A DNA stretch of 64,000 nucleotides from NCBI GenBank assembly GCA_965644265.1, contig OZ286476.1:5146001-5210000 (forward strand), in the 5' to 3' direction. Position 1 is the stretch's first letter; every line of letters begins with the position of its first letter. Source of the DNA: Glycera tridactyla (lineage: Eukaryota). The notes beneath the pieces are model-generated. The model did not search any database, was not told the DNA's origin, and saw nothing but the letters and a program-made list of their open reading frames with translations. A program made the position numbers and the translations under genes. Of this stretch, positions 62,801 to 64,000 are shown one piece after another.

Positions 62801-64000
62801 ACAAAGATACAAGATACAAGATACAAGATACAAGATACAAAACAGCTTTATTGACGCTTTATCCATTGGCGAACATCAGCACTACTGTCAACAAGCATCT
62901 ACAGTGAACATATCAAGGAGAGACATATCAAACTACATATATTTATATAATCAAAGAGAAAAATACAAAAGAACAAGGAATGCAAATGTAGTCAAAGTTA
63001 GATAATGTGTATGGTCAAAGGGACGTAATTATATTTGCTAGGTGCCAGTGTTGTTCATTTTCCTAGTCGTGCTTGGAAGCCATCATGAGAGAATTTGCTT
63101 ATAGCAATGGCCAGTGCAGGCGTGTTGGCTCTCATGATGGAGATAAACTGGTTATGTTGAGCAAGAGAATCAAAATTTGGGATTTCGGAATGACAGACCT
63201 CTAATAATGCCTTTCTTTGGTGCACAAGCTGTGAACATTCAAGAACGAAATGTCGCTCATTCCCAATTTTGCCCAGGCAATTCGCACAAAAACCTTTCTG
63301 ATGGGGGTTTTTTTGTATATCTTCCCGTTTCTATCTCCAATTTGTGTGCGCTGAGCCACAATTTTGCCAAAGCTGACCGCTGCTGATTGTTTTTGATATA
63401 ATGTAGGTAAGGTTCAAATTGGAATTTGTCTTTGAACTGTCGATAGGTTCTGAGTTTGTTAGACTGGCCTCCTGGTCTATCAGCATCATTGTGGAGGTTG
63501 TAGTGACTAATGTTGGTGTAGTGGGCTCTAATTTTTGTGGTAATGGTGTGGAAGTCTGATGAGTTCTCATGTAAATTTTGGCTACAATGGTCCATGGTCA
63601 GGCCAGCGTCTGTGAGAATGTCATTTATATAGGAAGCCCAGGAGTAAGATCCAGAGTCATCTATTCTGATCGCCTCAGACAAGGCCATTTTGACAAGAGA
63701 GTCATCCTCCAGGCTCGAAATTCTCGACCAGTTTTTAAGGGACTGTAATTTAATATAACATTCTATGGGGATACGACCTACTTTTAGTCTAGCACCATTT
63801 GAGCTGTTTTTTTTGTGAACCATCAGTGAGCTCTTGATAAATCTGGAATGCAACTTCTCGAATGGAGAGTCATCTACAGCTTTTAATTCAGCCGAGGCTA
63901 ATCTCTTGGGGTCTAATCGGGAGTGTGCATTTTTCCTCTTTTTTTATGATGTCCATGAGCCAAATGTCACTGTTATAGGTGATGATGGGTTTGATCAGTG
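62801..64000 (-). mobile_element. 3' part of a frameshifted non-LTR retrotransposon (RTEX/Proto2-like C-terminus; clade tentative), running off the window end
   Basis: Minus-strand translation LIKPIITYNSDIW...[frameshift in an A7 run ~63940]...FEKLHSRFIK...NKLRTYRQFK...FEPYL...HKLEIETGRY...LCEL[frameshift ~63280]GKIGNERHFVLEC...RLGK* (stop 63057-63055). This is followed by a 3'UTR, AATAAA (62852-62847) and a (TATCTTG)5 tail at 62804-62838. Confidence 0.88.

Overview
Eukaryotic (animal-like, probably invertebrate; taxon not determinable) non-coding DNA. I found no recognisable host protein-coding exon, RNA gene or CRISPR array. Roughly a third of the window (about 24 kb by my tally) is unrelated tandem-repeat arrays with 30-132 bp units plus microsatellites, and eight N runs look like hard-masked simple repeats. 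Mobile elements: a nearly intact CR1/L2-group LINE ORF2 (APE endonuclease + RT, one in-frame TGA) inserted into a ~104-bp satellite; 3' fragments or relics of several other LINEs; an 844-bp retro-insertion with an 11-bp TSD; and two MITEs. 14.5-28.6 kb is a head-to-tail segmental duplication. Nearly all ORFs in the supplied track are repeat artefacts. The best leads are regulatory or RNA-processing signals: three AG|GTRAG ratchet-point-like sites on the + strand (possible recursively spliced giant intron), nine RFX X-box palindromes, and a 47-unit satellite in which most units carry a DR5 nuclear-receptor element and a hairpin. These are motif-level hypotheses, not a demonstrated new system.
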